A DNA stretch of 64,000 bases from Nitrospinaceae bacterium (GCA_965223665.1 OZ245011.1:1600001-1664000), one strand, 5' to 3'; counted from the stretch's first letter, positions 9,400 through 20,632 are shown. Notes: a model not told the origin generated them from the sequence alone. Translations and numbers: made by a program.

Positions 9400-10785
9400 A
9401 TGAAACAATTTTTTTCACTCTTTATTTTTCTATCTTTCTTTTCAGCAGTGAACGCCTGGGCGTGCTCTTGTGTGGCGCCTTCCACACCGGAAAAAGCATT
9501 CGAAGATGCCAAAGCGGTTTTCACCACTCAAGCCCCTCAATTAATCAAAAATAAAAGCGGTTATGTGGAAACCATAATTCTTCATCCTGATAAGTTCTGG
9601 AAAGGGAACGCAGACCTCAAGTCCATAACGGTGAATCCTCGGACGATGTGCAACTACGCAAATTTTAAAGAAAATAAAAAGTACCTGATTTATGCACACT
9701 CTCATTGGGATAAGAGCAAGCCCGATGACTATAGCGTTTCCATGTGCAGCCGTACCAAACCACTGGAGGAAGCGGAGATCGAAGTACAATACCTCGATGC
9801 CGTGGTGGCCCACCAGGATACCCAAGCTATCGATGAATCCCTCCCCGGTATTCTTGCCAACGATAAAGAAAAAATCAATGTTCGAATAGAAGCGGCCCGA
9901 CTCCTCGGTTGGATGATCCGCAGAGATTCGGAAGACCCTTCGGAAAAAACCGTGACCGCTTTGATTAAAGCTTCCCGGACCAAAAATGAAAACCTAAAAC
10001 TGACTCTTGCAGGCGAACTTTCCAACCCTAAGCTCAGAGGAAGAGTGAACGTCAAGGATGCTTTACTCCGGCTCCTCCGTGACGACGACCCAACGGTTCG
10101 CAATATTTCTGCCGGTGGACTTGCAATGGTAGCCAGTCGCAATTCCCCGGATGTTTTTAATGCGTTGCATCAGGAATTCAACAAAGCCAGCGACAAACAA
10201 TGGCAAGACAAAAAGCTCCGCGAATCCACCCTGGCCATACTAGGAGTTTCAATTTCAAAAGTTGCTACCACCACGAAAGAGAAAATGGAAGTCGTTAAAA
10301 TTTTGCACAATTTAATTGATGAAATGCATAATTCCCACAATAAAGTCACGGTGATTCAACATTTAGGATTTCAAGGAGAGCTCGCCAGAAAGTCTGGCCC
10401 CAAATTGCTGACAGTGCTTAAAACCGCAGACAGCCCTTACGTTCAGCAGTACACTCTTTCCGCTTTGGGAGACATCAAAGTCACCGAAGCCCTGGACCAA
10501 ATCAAGCCTTATGTAAAAAATAAGAAGTGTTACGTAGTGAAACACACGATTGAGGCGGTACATAAAATTGATCCTGAAATTTTTTCAGAATTTTTTAAAA
10601 CCCAGGCCATGCCTGAAATGAAAAGGCGGTTTGAACGTTGTCGCCACGAGTTCACCTGGGCATTACAAAGCATAGGCCCCGCCGCGAAAGAAATGAAACC
10701 GTTTTTAATTAAGCAGTACGAGACAATGGAAGAGGGGCATTGGTTAAAAGGCCAGTTAAAAAATGCCATAGACTCGCTTCAGTAA
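9400..10785 (+). CDS. Exported protein with TIMP/NTR-like N-domain and HEAT/ARM repeats
   Basis: Signal peptide followed by CSC, YLIYA..CSRT and helical repeats such as LLRLLRDDDPTVR. Confidence 0.6.
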   Translation: MKQFFSLFIFLSFFSAVNAWACSCVAPSTPEKAFEDAKAVFTTQAPQLIKNKSGYVETIILHPDKFWKGNADLKSITVNPRTMCNYANFKENKKYLIYAHSHWDKSKPDDYSVSMCSRTKPLEEAEIEVQYLDAVVAHQDTQAIDESLPGILANDKEKINVRIEAARLLGWMIRRDSEDPSEKTVTALIKASRTKNENLKLTLAGELSNPKLRGRVNVKDALLRLLRDDDPTVRNISAGGLAMVASRNSPDVFNALHQEFNKASDKQWQDKKLRESTLAILGVSISKVATTTKEKMEVVKILHNLIDEMHNSHNKVTVIQHLGFQGELARKSGPKLLTVLKTADSPYVQQYTLSALGDIKVTEALDQIKPYVKNKKCYVVKHTIEAVHKIDPEIFSEFFKTQAMPEMKRRFERCRHEFTWALQSIGPAAKEMKPFLIKQYETMEEGHWLKGQLKNAIDSLQ

Positions 10786-10981
10786 GGTCCGAGCTAACCT
10801 CCGAATGTACTTTTTGCTTCCTATCACAAGATTATTAAGATAATTTATATCCCCTCCCCAATTTAAATTTTTCTAATAAACAAACTTCAGCTTTTCCGTG
10901 TACAATACGGTTTCATCTAATTGAGGGTCGGTTGTAGTTTTACCCGAATTCTTAGTTCAAATTCTTTTTCAGGTCGCATGA

Positions 10982-12172
10982 ATGTTCAAAATCCATCGGA
11001 CGGGTTACCGATCCATTCTTTTTTTCATAGTTGTTTACTTCATTACTTTTACTACTGCTAATGCCAACCAGGCGTTAATCGACGCGGCTAAAAAGGGAGA
11101 GGCGTCAGCGGTCACTTCCTTAATCACCTCAGGTGCCAATGTCAATTTTCAAAACACAAATGCCTATACGCCTTTAATCATAGCCGCGATCGAAGGTCAC
11201 GATTCAGTGGTTAAAACTTTACTGGAGAACCAGGCCGACGTGAACCTGCAAACCAGTCGCGGCACTCCATTAATGATTGCTTCTCTCAACGGTCGCAAAG
11301 CCATTGTCAATATGTTGCTGGAACGTGGAGCCGATGTGAATGTTCAGTTGCCCAACGGTAGCACGGCTTTGTACTTCGCCTCGAAGGTCGGGTGCCTGCC
11401 CATTGTCGACCAGTTACTGCGGAAAGGCGCCAACCCTGACGTCGAAACAAACCAGGGTCGCTCTCCACTCATCGAAGCCAGTTTGGAGGACTATGAAGCC
11501 GTGGTCGCAAATTTGTTGTCGCACAAAGCCGATCCGAATTATCAGAACAAAATCGGACAGACGGCGCTCCTGTTTGCATCGCTTAAAGGATACACCGGCG
11601 TGGTGCGAAAATTATTAAACGCGGGAGCCAACCCGGAATTAAAAGCTAAAAACGGAGTCACGGCTTTACAAATTTCAAAAAGGTTAAAACAAAAAGCGGT
11701 GCGGCACTTACTGGTTTCCTCTTTAAATAAAAACCACAATGCCGCTTCCGGGAAAAACGGCAACCTGCTCCTGGCCGCGGCCGTCAAAAAGGATCTTCCC
11801 AAAGCCAAACAGTTGTTGGAAGCCGGGGCTCCGGTCAACTGGCAAAATGAAAGCGGCATGTCTCCGTTAATGATCGCGGCTTCCCGAGGCGCGCTGTCCA
11901 TTGTGAAATTGTTTTTGGAGCACGGTGCCAAATTAGATCTTCAAGATAAAGATGCGGGATGGACCGCACTCATCTTCGCTTCCCGAATGGGTCGCAAGGA
12001 TGTAGTGAAAGAGCTGGTAGAATACGGTGCCGACTACAACATCAAAGAAAAAAAAGGCAAAACGGCAATGGACTACGCCAGTAAAAAAACCCAAACCGTA
12101 CTCAAACAAGCCATCGCCCAACAACAGCGCTCTCGAAAAAGTAAACATTTAAAAATGCACCGCTGCCGCTAG
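10982..12172 (+). CDS. Exported ankyrin-repeat protein
   Basis: Signal peptide and many TPL/TALxxA...LL..GAxVN repeats. Confidence 0.95.
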   Translation: MFKIHRTGYRSILFFIVVYFITFTTANANQALIDAAKKGEASAVTSLITSGANVNFQNTNAYTPLIIAAIEGHDSVVKTLLENQADVNLQTSRGTPLMIASLNGRKAIVNMLLERGADVNVQLPNGSTALYFASKVGCLPIVDQLLRKGANPDVETNQGRSPLIEASLEDYEAVVANLLSHKADPNYQNKIGQTALLFASLKGYTGVVRKLLNAGANPELKAKNGVTALQISKRLKQKAVRHLLVSSLNKNHNAASGKNGNLLLAAAVKKDLPKAKQLLEAGAPVNWQNESGMSPLMIAASRGALSIVKLFLEHGAKLDLQDKDAGWTALIFASRMGRKDVVKELVEYGADYNIKEKKGKTAMDYASKKTQTVLKQAIAQQQRSRKSKHLKMHRCR

Positions 12173-12257
12173 CCGGACAACGTCCGGTGGAATAAATTAA
12201 TTCCTGATCAGTTTTTGTATATGCCGCGCGCTCAGATGCTTTTCTAAATATTGCTTA

Positions 12258-12466
12258 CCTTCAGAAACCCATTTAAAACTGGAATTGATGCACTCCCTCT
12301 TTTTAAAGGAGACCTTTGCATAAGTAAGAATATTGAACCAAACATAATAAACTTAAAGAAGAACACCGATGCTCGCCCTCTTTCCTAAAGAGGGTCGGGG
12401 TGATTGACAATCAAAGCATTTAATAAGATAAAGAGAATTAATTTCTGAGTCCGGCGTCACGCTGCG
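12258..12466 (+). repeat. Repeat mosaic with a single MITE left end
   Basis: Similar to 14264-14412. GAGACCTTTGCATAA at 12309-12323 and hairpin A at 12376-12408. No right TIR seen. Confidence 0.75.
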
Positions 12467-12599
12467 GACCAGGGGTATTTTCCTTCAAGTTTTTTTAGTT
12501 ATTAATTTTATTTATCCGCGTGGACACGTGAGATACAATAAACTCAAAACACACCGTTCAACCGTATCGGCACGTAAACTTATACCCATGGGAGATGAT

Positions 12600-13655
12600 A
12601 TGAGTTCACAAAACGCAAACGAACATCCTTCACTACCCACATGCACTGACCAATTGTTATGGGATACCTGGTTATCGTCGTTTCATTTGCCCACTCTCAC
12701 AGTGGCGGATGAAGTCGGCCTGTTCCCATTTCTGGAAAACCGTTCCGCTTCCATTGAGGAGATTGCCGCGCATTTCAATTTTAGCCCGCGGGCGGCGGAA
12801 GCGGTTCTAACCGTATTGGCTTCCCTCGGTTACCTGGTTCAGCACCAGGGTCGTTATTCACTTACGGAGTCTTCCCGAAACTTTCTTTTACCGGATGGGC
12901 CTTTTTACTGGGGAGGCGTCCTTTCCCTCTTTAAGAATAATCCAATCACTCATGCCGACCTGATGAAAGTCATTACCGAGGACAAATCCCGGCAAGGACC
13001 TTCAACAGATGGAGACCTCCCCAATACCGACCCCTGGGAACAGGGAGAGTTACCTCCGGAGCTGGCCGAAAAGTTCACCGGCTTGATGCACAGCCACTCC
13101 TTTCCCGCGGCTATGGGTATCGCTCGCCAGGGATTTTTCCAGGGTGTCAGTCGTATGCTGGATGTGGCAGGAGGATCAGGCTGCTTCTGCATCGCTATGG
13201 CTCATTTTCATCCGGAGATCGAGTGTACGATCCTGGAGCTCCCACCGGTCTGCACTCTGGCAACCAATTATATTCAGCGGTATAACTTACAGGACCGGAT
13301 CGATACTATTCCTGCTAATATGTTTACCGATTCCTTTCCAACGGGTTATGATGCGGTTTTTTTCGCTAATATCTTTCATGACTGGAACGAGGAACAATGC
13401 CTCCATTTAGGAGCGAAGGCGTTTGAAGCCCTTCCTTCAGGTGGCCGAATTTTTCTCCATGAAATGTTATTGAGCGATGGCAAGGACGGACCGGTTCCGG
13501 CAGCTTCTTTTACCATGGCCATGCTGAAAGCCACCAAAGGGAAACAATTTACAGCAGCGGAGTTGGAATCCATTCTAAATCGATGTGGGTTCGTCGACGT
13601 TTCCATAAATCACAGCTATGGGTACTACTCACTGACCAGCGCTAAAAAACCTTGA
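12600..13655 (+). CDS. SAM-dependent O-methyltransferase with dimerisation domain
   Basis: LDVAGGSG, NMF and NIFHDW motifs after an N-terminal wHTH-like domain. Start uncertain (12528/12588/12600). Confidence 0.9.
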   Translation: MSSQNANEHPSLPTCTDQLLWDTWLSSFHLPTLTVADEVGLFPFLENRSASIEEIAAHFNFSPRAAEAVLTVLASLGYLVQHQGRYSLTESSRNFLLPDGPFYWGGVLSLFKNNPITHADLMKVITEDKSRQGPSTDGDLPNTDPWEQGELPPELAEKFTGLMHSHSFPAAMGIARQGFFQGVSRMLDVAGGSGCFCIAMAHFHPEIECTILELPPVCTLATNYIQRYNLQDRIDTIPANMFTDSFPTGYDAVFFANIFHDWNEEQCLHLGAKAFEALPSGGRIFLHEMLLSDGKDGPVPAASFTMAMLKATKGKQFTAAELESILNRCGFVDVSINHSYGYYSLTSAKKP

Positions 13656-13733
13656 TAATAAATTTTTTTCAAGGCGTTTCGTGTACAATGAATTTTCAGA
13701 AATTTCAATTTCTTAAAGGGACGTCAACTTACT

Positions 13734-14177
13734 ATGGCTAAAGTTCAGCATCAAGTCGGTATTGCAGGAGATATCCATAAAATATTTTGTGCCTTACATC
13801 AACCGGAAGGGCTTGTCGGGTGGTGGGCCACCACTGTGGATGGATCTCCGCTCATGGGAGAAACTGTTCATCTCCATTTTTCCGATGTGGTGACGCTCTC
13901 GTTTAAAATCGTGGAGTTAAAAGAACATGCTTTGGTTCATTTACATTGTGTGGAGGGACCCGGTCCCTGGAACGGCAGCGATCTCTTGTTCTTCCTGAAA
14001 CTGGACACGGATCAGGTTTGGGTCCGGTTGGTTCACGAAAATAATGGGGCCACGGAAGACGATTTCCTCTACTTCAACACCAAGTGGCCCTGCTACCTGC
14101 TGAGCCTTAAGCATTGGATCGAAACCGGACAAGGGCGGCCGTATCCCAATGATGTTAAAATCTACCTCGGCGACTAA
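13734..14177 (+). CDS. SRPBCC/AHSA1-domain protein
   Basis: GLVGWW, CVEGPGPW and WPCYLLSLKHWIETG. Confidence 0.8.
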   Translation: MAKVQHQVGIAGDIHKIFCALHQPEGLVGWWATTVDGSPLMGETVHLHFSDVVTLSFKIVELKEHALVHLHCVEGPGPWNGSDLLFFLKLDTDQVWVRLVHENNGATEDDFLYFNTKWPCYLLSLKHWIETGQGRPYPNDVKIYLGD

Positions 14178-14311
14178 GCCAACCTGGCGGTTGGAGGCAA
14201 CATTTATTCTCGATGAGTTAAAGGGTGAACCGAATCCTCATTAATTATTTTGATTTTTGTTTCCCTTCAGAAATCCATTTAAAAACGGGAATTGATGTGC
14301 CCCCTCTTTTT

Positions 14312-14453
14312 AGAGACCTTTGCGTAACCAAAAATTATTGAACAAACAAGTTCAACAAAAGAGCGGAGCCCCATGTTCGCCCTCTTTCCTAAAGAGGGTC
14401 GGGGTGATTCACCTCCAGGGGGTTTATATTTTCTGACTTACGCAAAGGTCTCT
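14312..14453. mobile_element. MITE with perfect 16-bp terminal inverted repeats
   Basis: AGAGACCTTTGCGTAA ... TTACGCAAAGGTCTCT. Non-coding and contains hairpin A. Confidence 0.8.
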
Positions 14454-14547
14454 TCATAAAGGGGGAATACACGGGTCTTTTATTTAAATTTATTGTGTTT
14501 TTTTCAAATCAGGTTTATGACAGAGACTCTTAAAAAATAGAAACTCT

Positions 14548-15138
14548 CTATTGTCGCCAATCGTTTGAAGGACCTCTTTCTCCAAATACCCGTTGCGCTT
14601 CCTGGTGAACGGCATTCGCCCTTTGCCAGGCGTCTTCACGGATTCTTTCCGATTCGAGCCAGGCTTCCTGCTTGATTCTTTGAGCTTCGACTCGCGACTC
14701 AGCAAGTATCCTTTCCGCTCTTCGTTTGGCTCTTCGGCGAATAGGTCGAGGTTCTCCCCAGGCAGCACCGCGTATTTTTGCAAACCGATGGCGGCCAATT
14801 GTGAGAACGCGCTCCGCTTCCCGGTTGCCTCGCCTGATAACTTTATTGGCTCGGCGATTGCCTCTTTCAAGAATTCTTCCTGCCCGATGACGGGCTAACT
14901 CAATTTCCCGATCATAGGCACGATCAAAATCCCGACCCCGCATTCCGGGTCGCCCCCCTTGCGGATAAGGACCCCCACGCGGTCCTGGGGTTCCGACACC
15001 TCCACCGCCGTCATCTCTTACTATCACCGTCCCCTGCGGCCCGCATCCTGAGTTTCCAAAAAAGAAAAACAGAAAAACCACCAAACCCAACAGGGAGAGT
15101 CCCCATTGGGTTCTAAAAATAGAGTGTTTCTCATTCAT
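14548..15138 (-). CDS. Putative lipoprotein, Gly/Pro-rich then Arg-rich helical
   Basis: Hydrophobic stretch followed by SGC. RBS upstream. No family recognised. Confidence 0.6.
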   Translation of the reverse strand: MNEKHSIFRTQWGLSLLGLVVFLFFFFGNSGCGPQGTVIVRDDGGGGVGTPGPRGGPYPQGGRPGMRGRDFDRAYDREIELARHRAGRILERGNRRANKVIRRGNREAERVLTIGRHRFAKIRGAAWGEPRPIRRRAKRRAERILAESRVEAQRIKQEAWLESERIREDAWQRANAVHQEAQRVFGERGPSNDWRQ

Positions 15139-15156
15139 TGGATTGGCCTCTCATTT

Positions 15157-15651
15157 CTAATGATTACCAATTTGTTTGGCATCTTGAAGAGTTCCTTCAG
15201 CGGCACTCTTCATTTCGCCATGCGTTTCATTCACTTCATTGGCCATAGCGTTCTGTTTATTTTGTACATCGCGTTTCATTTCTGCAGGCTTGCTTTGGAT
15301 TTCATGTTTTTTCTGATGAACTTCATCCGCCATGGCTTCTTTTTTCTTTTGGACTTCCTGTTTCATTTCCGCCGGCTTATTTTCAATTTCACTTTTCATT
15401 TCCTGATGTTTCTGTGTCGCATCACTTTTCATTTCTGCCGGTTTGTTTTGTATTGCCTGGAGTGCTTCATTGCTTTCTTTTTTTATTTCACTGAGACCTA
15501 AAGGATCATGATTACTATCTGCAAGGATTATGGACGATTCCCCTTGATAGGGTGACGGTGTATTCGTCCCATAAAGTGGATCCGCAAACACGTTATTATT
15601 GAGACCAAACAAAAAGACATACACCAAACTGATAAGAGTTAAATGACGCAT
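15157..15651 (-). CDS. Exported LEA-like hydrophilic repeat protein
   Basis: Signal peptide, three KPAEMK repeats and RBS GGAGG. Confidence 0.65.
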   Translation of the reverse strand: MRHLTLISLVYVFLFGLNNNVFADPLYGTNTPSPYQGESSIILADSNHDPLGLSEIKKESNEALQAIQNKPAEMKSDATQKHQEMKSEIENKPAEMKQEVQKKKEAMADEVHQKKHEIQSKPAEMKRDVQNKQNAMANEVNETHGEMKSAAEGTLQDAKQIGNH

Positions 15652-15839
15652 CTCACACCTCCCGAAACATTTTTAAATTTTTATGGATTGCTGTCCATGT
15701 TATCAAGAAGCGCTTAAAAAAATCCACCTGTTTTTAGGTAGTTCGAGAAGCTGATATTTGGCCCAAAAGAACGCTGATCAACTTATTGAAAACGTTACGC
15801 CATCTTTCATTAAGAAAAATTTCCTTTGCACACAAAGTG

Positions 15840-16160
15840 CTATTCAGGTTTCGGAGGGTTTTCTTTGTTTTGCTCGGAGTTGGGTTTTCGTGCCTGGTTT
15901 TTCTTGATATCATCCAACACTTTTTCCAGGTACATTTCTTCGCTCAAGATTTTGTCCAGCTTGGTCTGAATCTCTTCCACCCCTTTGCTGTTTCTATAGG
16001 TCATGATAATTAACTTCACCGATACCAGGAACACTGCCGCCTCCAGCAACAGGTCATGAGTGAACCCTTTCACGAATAATGCAGCAACGAATAATACCAG
16101 CGTGGTGATAATTACAAACGCGGCGCCCGGGCCCAGGTACTTATTAATTAAATCTATCAT
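15840..16160 (-). CDS. Small membrane protein
   Basis: Two hydrophobic helices and RBS GGGAG. Confidence 0.65.
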   Translation of the reverse strand: MIDLINKYLGPGAAFVIITTLVLFVAALFVKGFTHDLLLEAAVFLVSVKLIIMTYRNSKGVEEIQTKLDKILSEEMYLEKVLDDIKKNQARKPNSEQNKENPPKPE

Positions 16161-16247
16161 TGACGCTCCCCTGCAAAATTGACTTTTCCCCAGAATACCA
16201 GTTTTTCGATAGATGGAGTTAAGGTTGCACTCATTAAATGAAATTTC

Positions 16248-16613
16248 TTAGGTCTGTTTTTTATCATAACGCATACGAGCTTTATGAACTTCCGCAAAAT
16301 ATTTTTGGCCCCACTGGTCGATGGCCTTTCCTATACTGCCAATAGATTTTCCGATTTTGGTGAGAGAGTATTCGACACGAGGTGGAATCTCCGGAATGTG
16401 GTTGCGGTGCACCAAACCGTCGCGTTCCAGTTCGCGCAGTTGGTTGGTGAGCATGCGCTGCGTTACGTCGGGAATTTTACGGCGCAGCTCATTAAAGCGA
16501 AGCGTGCCCTCACTTTCCAGATGAAAGAGGATCGAGGGTTTCCATTTTGCGCCAAAAACTGGAAGCACTCGTTCAATGGGACAGGGTCCGTCATAATATT
16601 TTTGTCTGGCCAT
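16248..16613 (-). CDS. HxlR-family winged-helix regulator
   Basis: CPIE..KWK..LRFNEL..MLTNQLRELERDG..PPRVEYSLT. Confidence 0.92.
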   Translation of the reverse strand: MARQKYYDGPCPIERVLPVFGAKWKPSILFHLESEGTLRFNELRRKIPDVTQRMLTNQLRELERDGLVHRNHIPEIPPRVEYSLTKIGKSIGSIGKAIDQWGQKYFAEVHKARMRYDKKQT

Positions 16614-16716
16614 GGCTTCCTCACCATACTAAGTTACTTAAATGTGCCTGGTTGTATCTATATACTATCCCTGATATAAATTCAATACAAATTCATTTTG
16701 CATAAAGGAACACATC

Positions 16717-17325
16717 ATGAAAATAATCGTACTGGGGGCCAGTGGAATTATTGGAGCGGAAATCGTGCAGTTATTATCCGACAAGCACGAAGTGTTGCGT
16801 GCCGGACGCAGTGGAGAATTGCAGGTGGATTATACCGATGCCGCCTCCGTAAAAAAGATGTTTGAAACCGTGGGAGGATTCGATGCGTTGGTCTGCTCCG
16901 TAGGAGGCGACAGTATTTTTAAACCCTATGAACAATTGTCGGATGAAGATTTTGCGTATGGGTTCGAACGCAAGTTCATGTCGCAGATCAACCTGGTTCG
17001 CATTGGCACTCCTTATGCCAATGATGGAGCTTCGTTTACCTTGTCCAGTGGATATCTCAGTGACTATCCCAATCCAGCAAGCGCGGCAACCGGTCCGTTC
17101 AACGCGGCGGTTGATTCTTTCGCGCGGACGGTGGGTCCGCTATTGCCACGCGGCATTCGGGTGAACGTGGTCAGCCCCGCACCGGTGGTGCCGGAAGACC
17201 AGGCCGGTCGTGGAGTCGTCACCGCCCAACAAGCGGCGGAAGGTTACCTGCAAAGCATTCACGGAACGATGAACGGCAAAGTGCTACGCATGTGGGGTGG
17301 ATTAGAGACCGAGCCTCGAGAATGA
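16717..17325 (+). CDS. Short-chain dehydrogenase/reductase, divergent from HxlR
   Basis: GASGIIG Rossmann motif and IRVNVVSP. Confidence 0.88.
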   Translation: MKIIVLGASGIIGAEIVQLLSDKHEVLRAGRSGELQVDYTDAASVKKMFETVGGFDALVCSVGGDSIFKPYEQLSDEDFAYGFERKFMSQINLVRIGTPYANDGASFTLSSGYLSDYPNPASAATGPFNAAVDSFARTVGPLLPRGIRVNVVSPAPVVPEDQAGRGVVTAQQAAEGYLQSIHGTMNGKVLRMWGGLETEPRE

Positions 17326-17352
17326 ATTCATTTAATTTTTTTAAAAGGTAAA

Positions 17353-17461
17353 ATCCCCCTAACCCCCTTCATGAAAGGGGGAATACATTGCGCTGCCCAT
17401 CAACACTTAAATCTAAAGACGACGTGGCCCTTAGCGAGGGAGGCCCCAGGCTAGCGCCTGG
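17353..17461 (+). repeat. Hairpin repeat type B and CAGGCTAGCGCCTG module
   Basis: ATCCCCCTAACCCCCTTCATGAAAGGGGG at 17353-17381. The second module recurs in reverse near 55116 and 59619. Confidence 0.8.
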
Positions 17462-17548
17462 AGCGACTTTTCATTTTCGTCAGGTTACTTCGATTTCATT
17501 TCTCCACAGGATTTTGAAAATCCCTGTTGCTTCCAACCGCCAGGTTGG

Positions 17549-20500
17549 TTAGTTATTGTTCACGTTGAAGCAAAGCGCTTCGGCGTTGAACGTGCTGGTG
17601 TCGCTGGAGTTTTTGTTCCAGGTGCAGGTGGCTTTGCCGATGCCGGATGGATCGGTCAAACTCACCTTGTTTTCCACCAACGCCACACCTGCGTTTGCAG
17701 GACCGGAACAATTAGCGGTCATAGGCACATCCAGCAAATCCTGACAAAAGCAATCGACACTGATGCTCGTTTGCCCCGACTGACCGGACGCGTTACAACT
17801 CTCCGTGTACACATTATTTTTGTTCAACCCAGGTGCAGGAGTATCTGCATCCACATAAATTATTTCTAACACGGGACGAAATCCTGAGGATTCACTGGAC
17901 TCCATGCGGATTCCATTATTTGTACCGCCGGATCTTATAATCAAACCGTTATTAGGAACAGAACCATCCACCCAACCTTGAACCACCGCCACGCCTTCCT
18001 CCGTTAATTTAATAGGAGCTACGTCAAAGGTAAAAGGTGGAATAAAACCCAATAGGGTCGGTCCTTGATTCATATCATCCCAGTTAACTGTATTTTCCGA
18101 CCACGGACTATCTTGTGAGTAAACTCTATAAAACCCTGAGCTAGCATCGGTATAATTAAAAGTTAGAAACACTTTATTAACCTTAGCTGTGGGAGGAATT
18201 GATGACACATCCCATTTAATGATAGCGGCCACTTCCCCATACTTTCCGGAAGCCGGATCAAACTGAACGCCATCGGCCTGGATAATTGTTTCGTTTCCAA
18301 AATTAGCGGAAGGGGAACGTTCGACCAATTAACTGTCCTCAGTTCCTCCATAACTTTCATCCGGAAACACCCCATTTTGAAAACCGGTTATAGTTGAAGG
18401 ATTTGCAACTTCGATCACATTGACAGTTCGCACTGCCTGATTCGCGGAAGCACCGTTTGAATTTGTAACATCGTAAGTAACCAGATGTGTTCCGGGAACA
18501 CTCGTATCAATGGGCAACCCGTTCGTAATAATATTTCCTGAAATATCACCGTCGGTATGATCCAAGGCGGTGGCTCCACTATCTACATAAGGGATTCCGA
18601 CTTCTACCTCAGCGGGGTTTTTCCCGTTGATCGTAATATAAGGCCGGTCAATGGGAAAAGAATGGAAATAAGTATGGACCGGTGCAGTTAGTCCGGATAT
18701 TAAAATTTCATCTGCAATATCATTGTCAAAATTTCCTGCTGATTGAGAGTCATTTAATATTCCTTCAATTATAAAATCAGTGTCAAGGTCATCCCATAAA
18801 ACTCCTGTCGGCAGATTACTGCGACCTAAAACAATAACTACGTCATCTTTTGTTCCTCTATATATTGCAGCATCGTCAAACCCGTCCCCATTAATATCAC
18901 CGGCCCGATTGGCTCTGATTCCAAAAATCCGTCCAGTACAAGGAGCAATTTCAATATTACCGGGAGAAGGTTGGCCATCTGCGTGACCCAAGTGAATTAT
19001 TGCTAAACCAGGATTTTCTTCGTCATCTCCCCTACAAGCTCCAACTTTTTTGGGACCGGTTGGGGACCCTTGAAGAACATCATCAAACCCGTCATTATTA
19101 AAATCACCTAGGAACTCAAAATCGTCTAAACTTTCCCCAAAAATCCCCACCTGATTCAATGTTTTGATAGAAACAGCTTGCAGATCTGAACCCACAATTA
19201 AACTTTCATAAATAATAAATTCATAGGTTTGAGCAATTCTATTGAAAGAAATTAAACCGAAATCATCTGTGGCATCTCCATTAAAATTACCGACAGGGCG
19301 TGGTTTAAGAATATCCACTGCGTCAGTACCTGTCCCGCGGAGAATTAAATCCGCATCGGATTCTGCATCCCAGATAGTCTGAGAAGTTAAGTTTCGTCCT
19401 CTAAATATATAAACCGACCCGGATCTATTTTCAGGATCACTTTCCGGTATAATTGCTTGGCGAGCATAAATCATTATGTCATCAGGACCCTCCCCATCAA
19501 AATTATTCAGGGAATAAACACTAGCACCAAATTGATCTCCTTCATTAGATCCAGAAATAATGATATCGGCTTGAGTGAGTGCATCCAGGTTTAATTGTGA
19601 GGACGGATTACGACCAAAGAATACAAATGTCCGACCAGATCCGGTTGCACTTCCGCTATCACCGGGATCTCCTATAATTAAATCGTGAATTCCGTCACCA
19701 TTAAAATCTCCCGCCGAAGATGTTCTAGGGTTCAATGAGGGATTAGGTAGTGTAATCACAACATCCGGGACCAATGGCGCAGGCAGGGGGAAGCTTTGAC
19801 CAAAATATAAGTTAACTTTATTGCCATCAAATACAGAAATATCTTCAAACCCATCTCCATTAAAATCTCCAATGAAGTCAACCCTTCCCTCTTCTATGAA
19901 ACCTTTCGCATCACTGCTGGCCACCATTGTCGGGTCAACCCATAGAGGGAACTGGAGTGCGGAATTAGGTTCCAGGTTTAACGCAAGTTGATTTTTTTCA
20001 AGAGTGTGGTTAATCCCGGTGCGGATCACTTGATGGTTTGCGTTGATGTATTCCGGTGGTGGGATTTTGAAGAGAGTTTTTTGAACGGTGCTGGCTTTGC
20101 GGGGGATGTCGGCGGACTTTGTGAACTCAATGCTTCCGTCGCTTTGCTCTTGCATCGTCGCGCCTTCGAATCGCCAACGAATCACCTGCCCGTCTTTTGG
20201 CAAAGAAGAAGCCTCCGGTAAATACACAAATTCGCGCAAGGATTTCGTGTCCGCATCGTATCTATATAATATATAACCTTCTCGACCTTTATAAACCAAA
20301 TACCGTCCTATTAACTCCGCTCGGTACTCTCCACCGGAGGCGAGATACTGTCGCACCTCTCCCAACTCAGTGTGAATTCGAATTGGCGTTTGTGAATCGA
20401 GCGTTTTCGGGAATACCATGCGCTCGGCAGATCCAATGGTTTTATTAAATTCAAAATGATTTTGGTTTTTAACAAAGGGAGATTGAGTACCTTCATTCCA

Positions 20501-20632
20501 TGAAGAATCAAATTCTAAAACCGTCTGCATATCCTTTGCAGAAGAGTGAGTGGATTGGCTGGAATAGGAATGGCCAATCCACCAAAAAGTAATTAATAAA
20601 AAGATGAACAAACTTTTCAGTGTTCTATCCAT
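17549..20632 (-). pseudogene. FG-GAP / Ig-like / DNRLRE surface protein split by one in-frame TAA (18329-18331)
   Basis: ORFs 18329-20632 and 17549-18328 are in frame. GGTEDS*LVERSPSAN corresponds to GGTEDSYLVQRSPSAN in the paralog. Confidence 0.85.
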
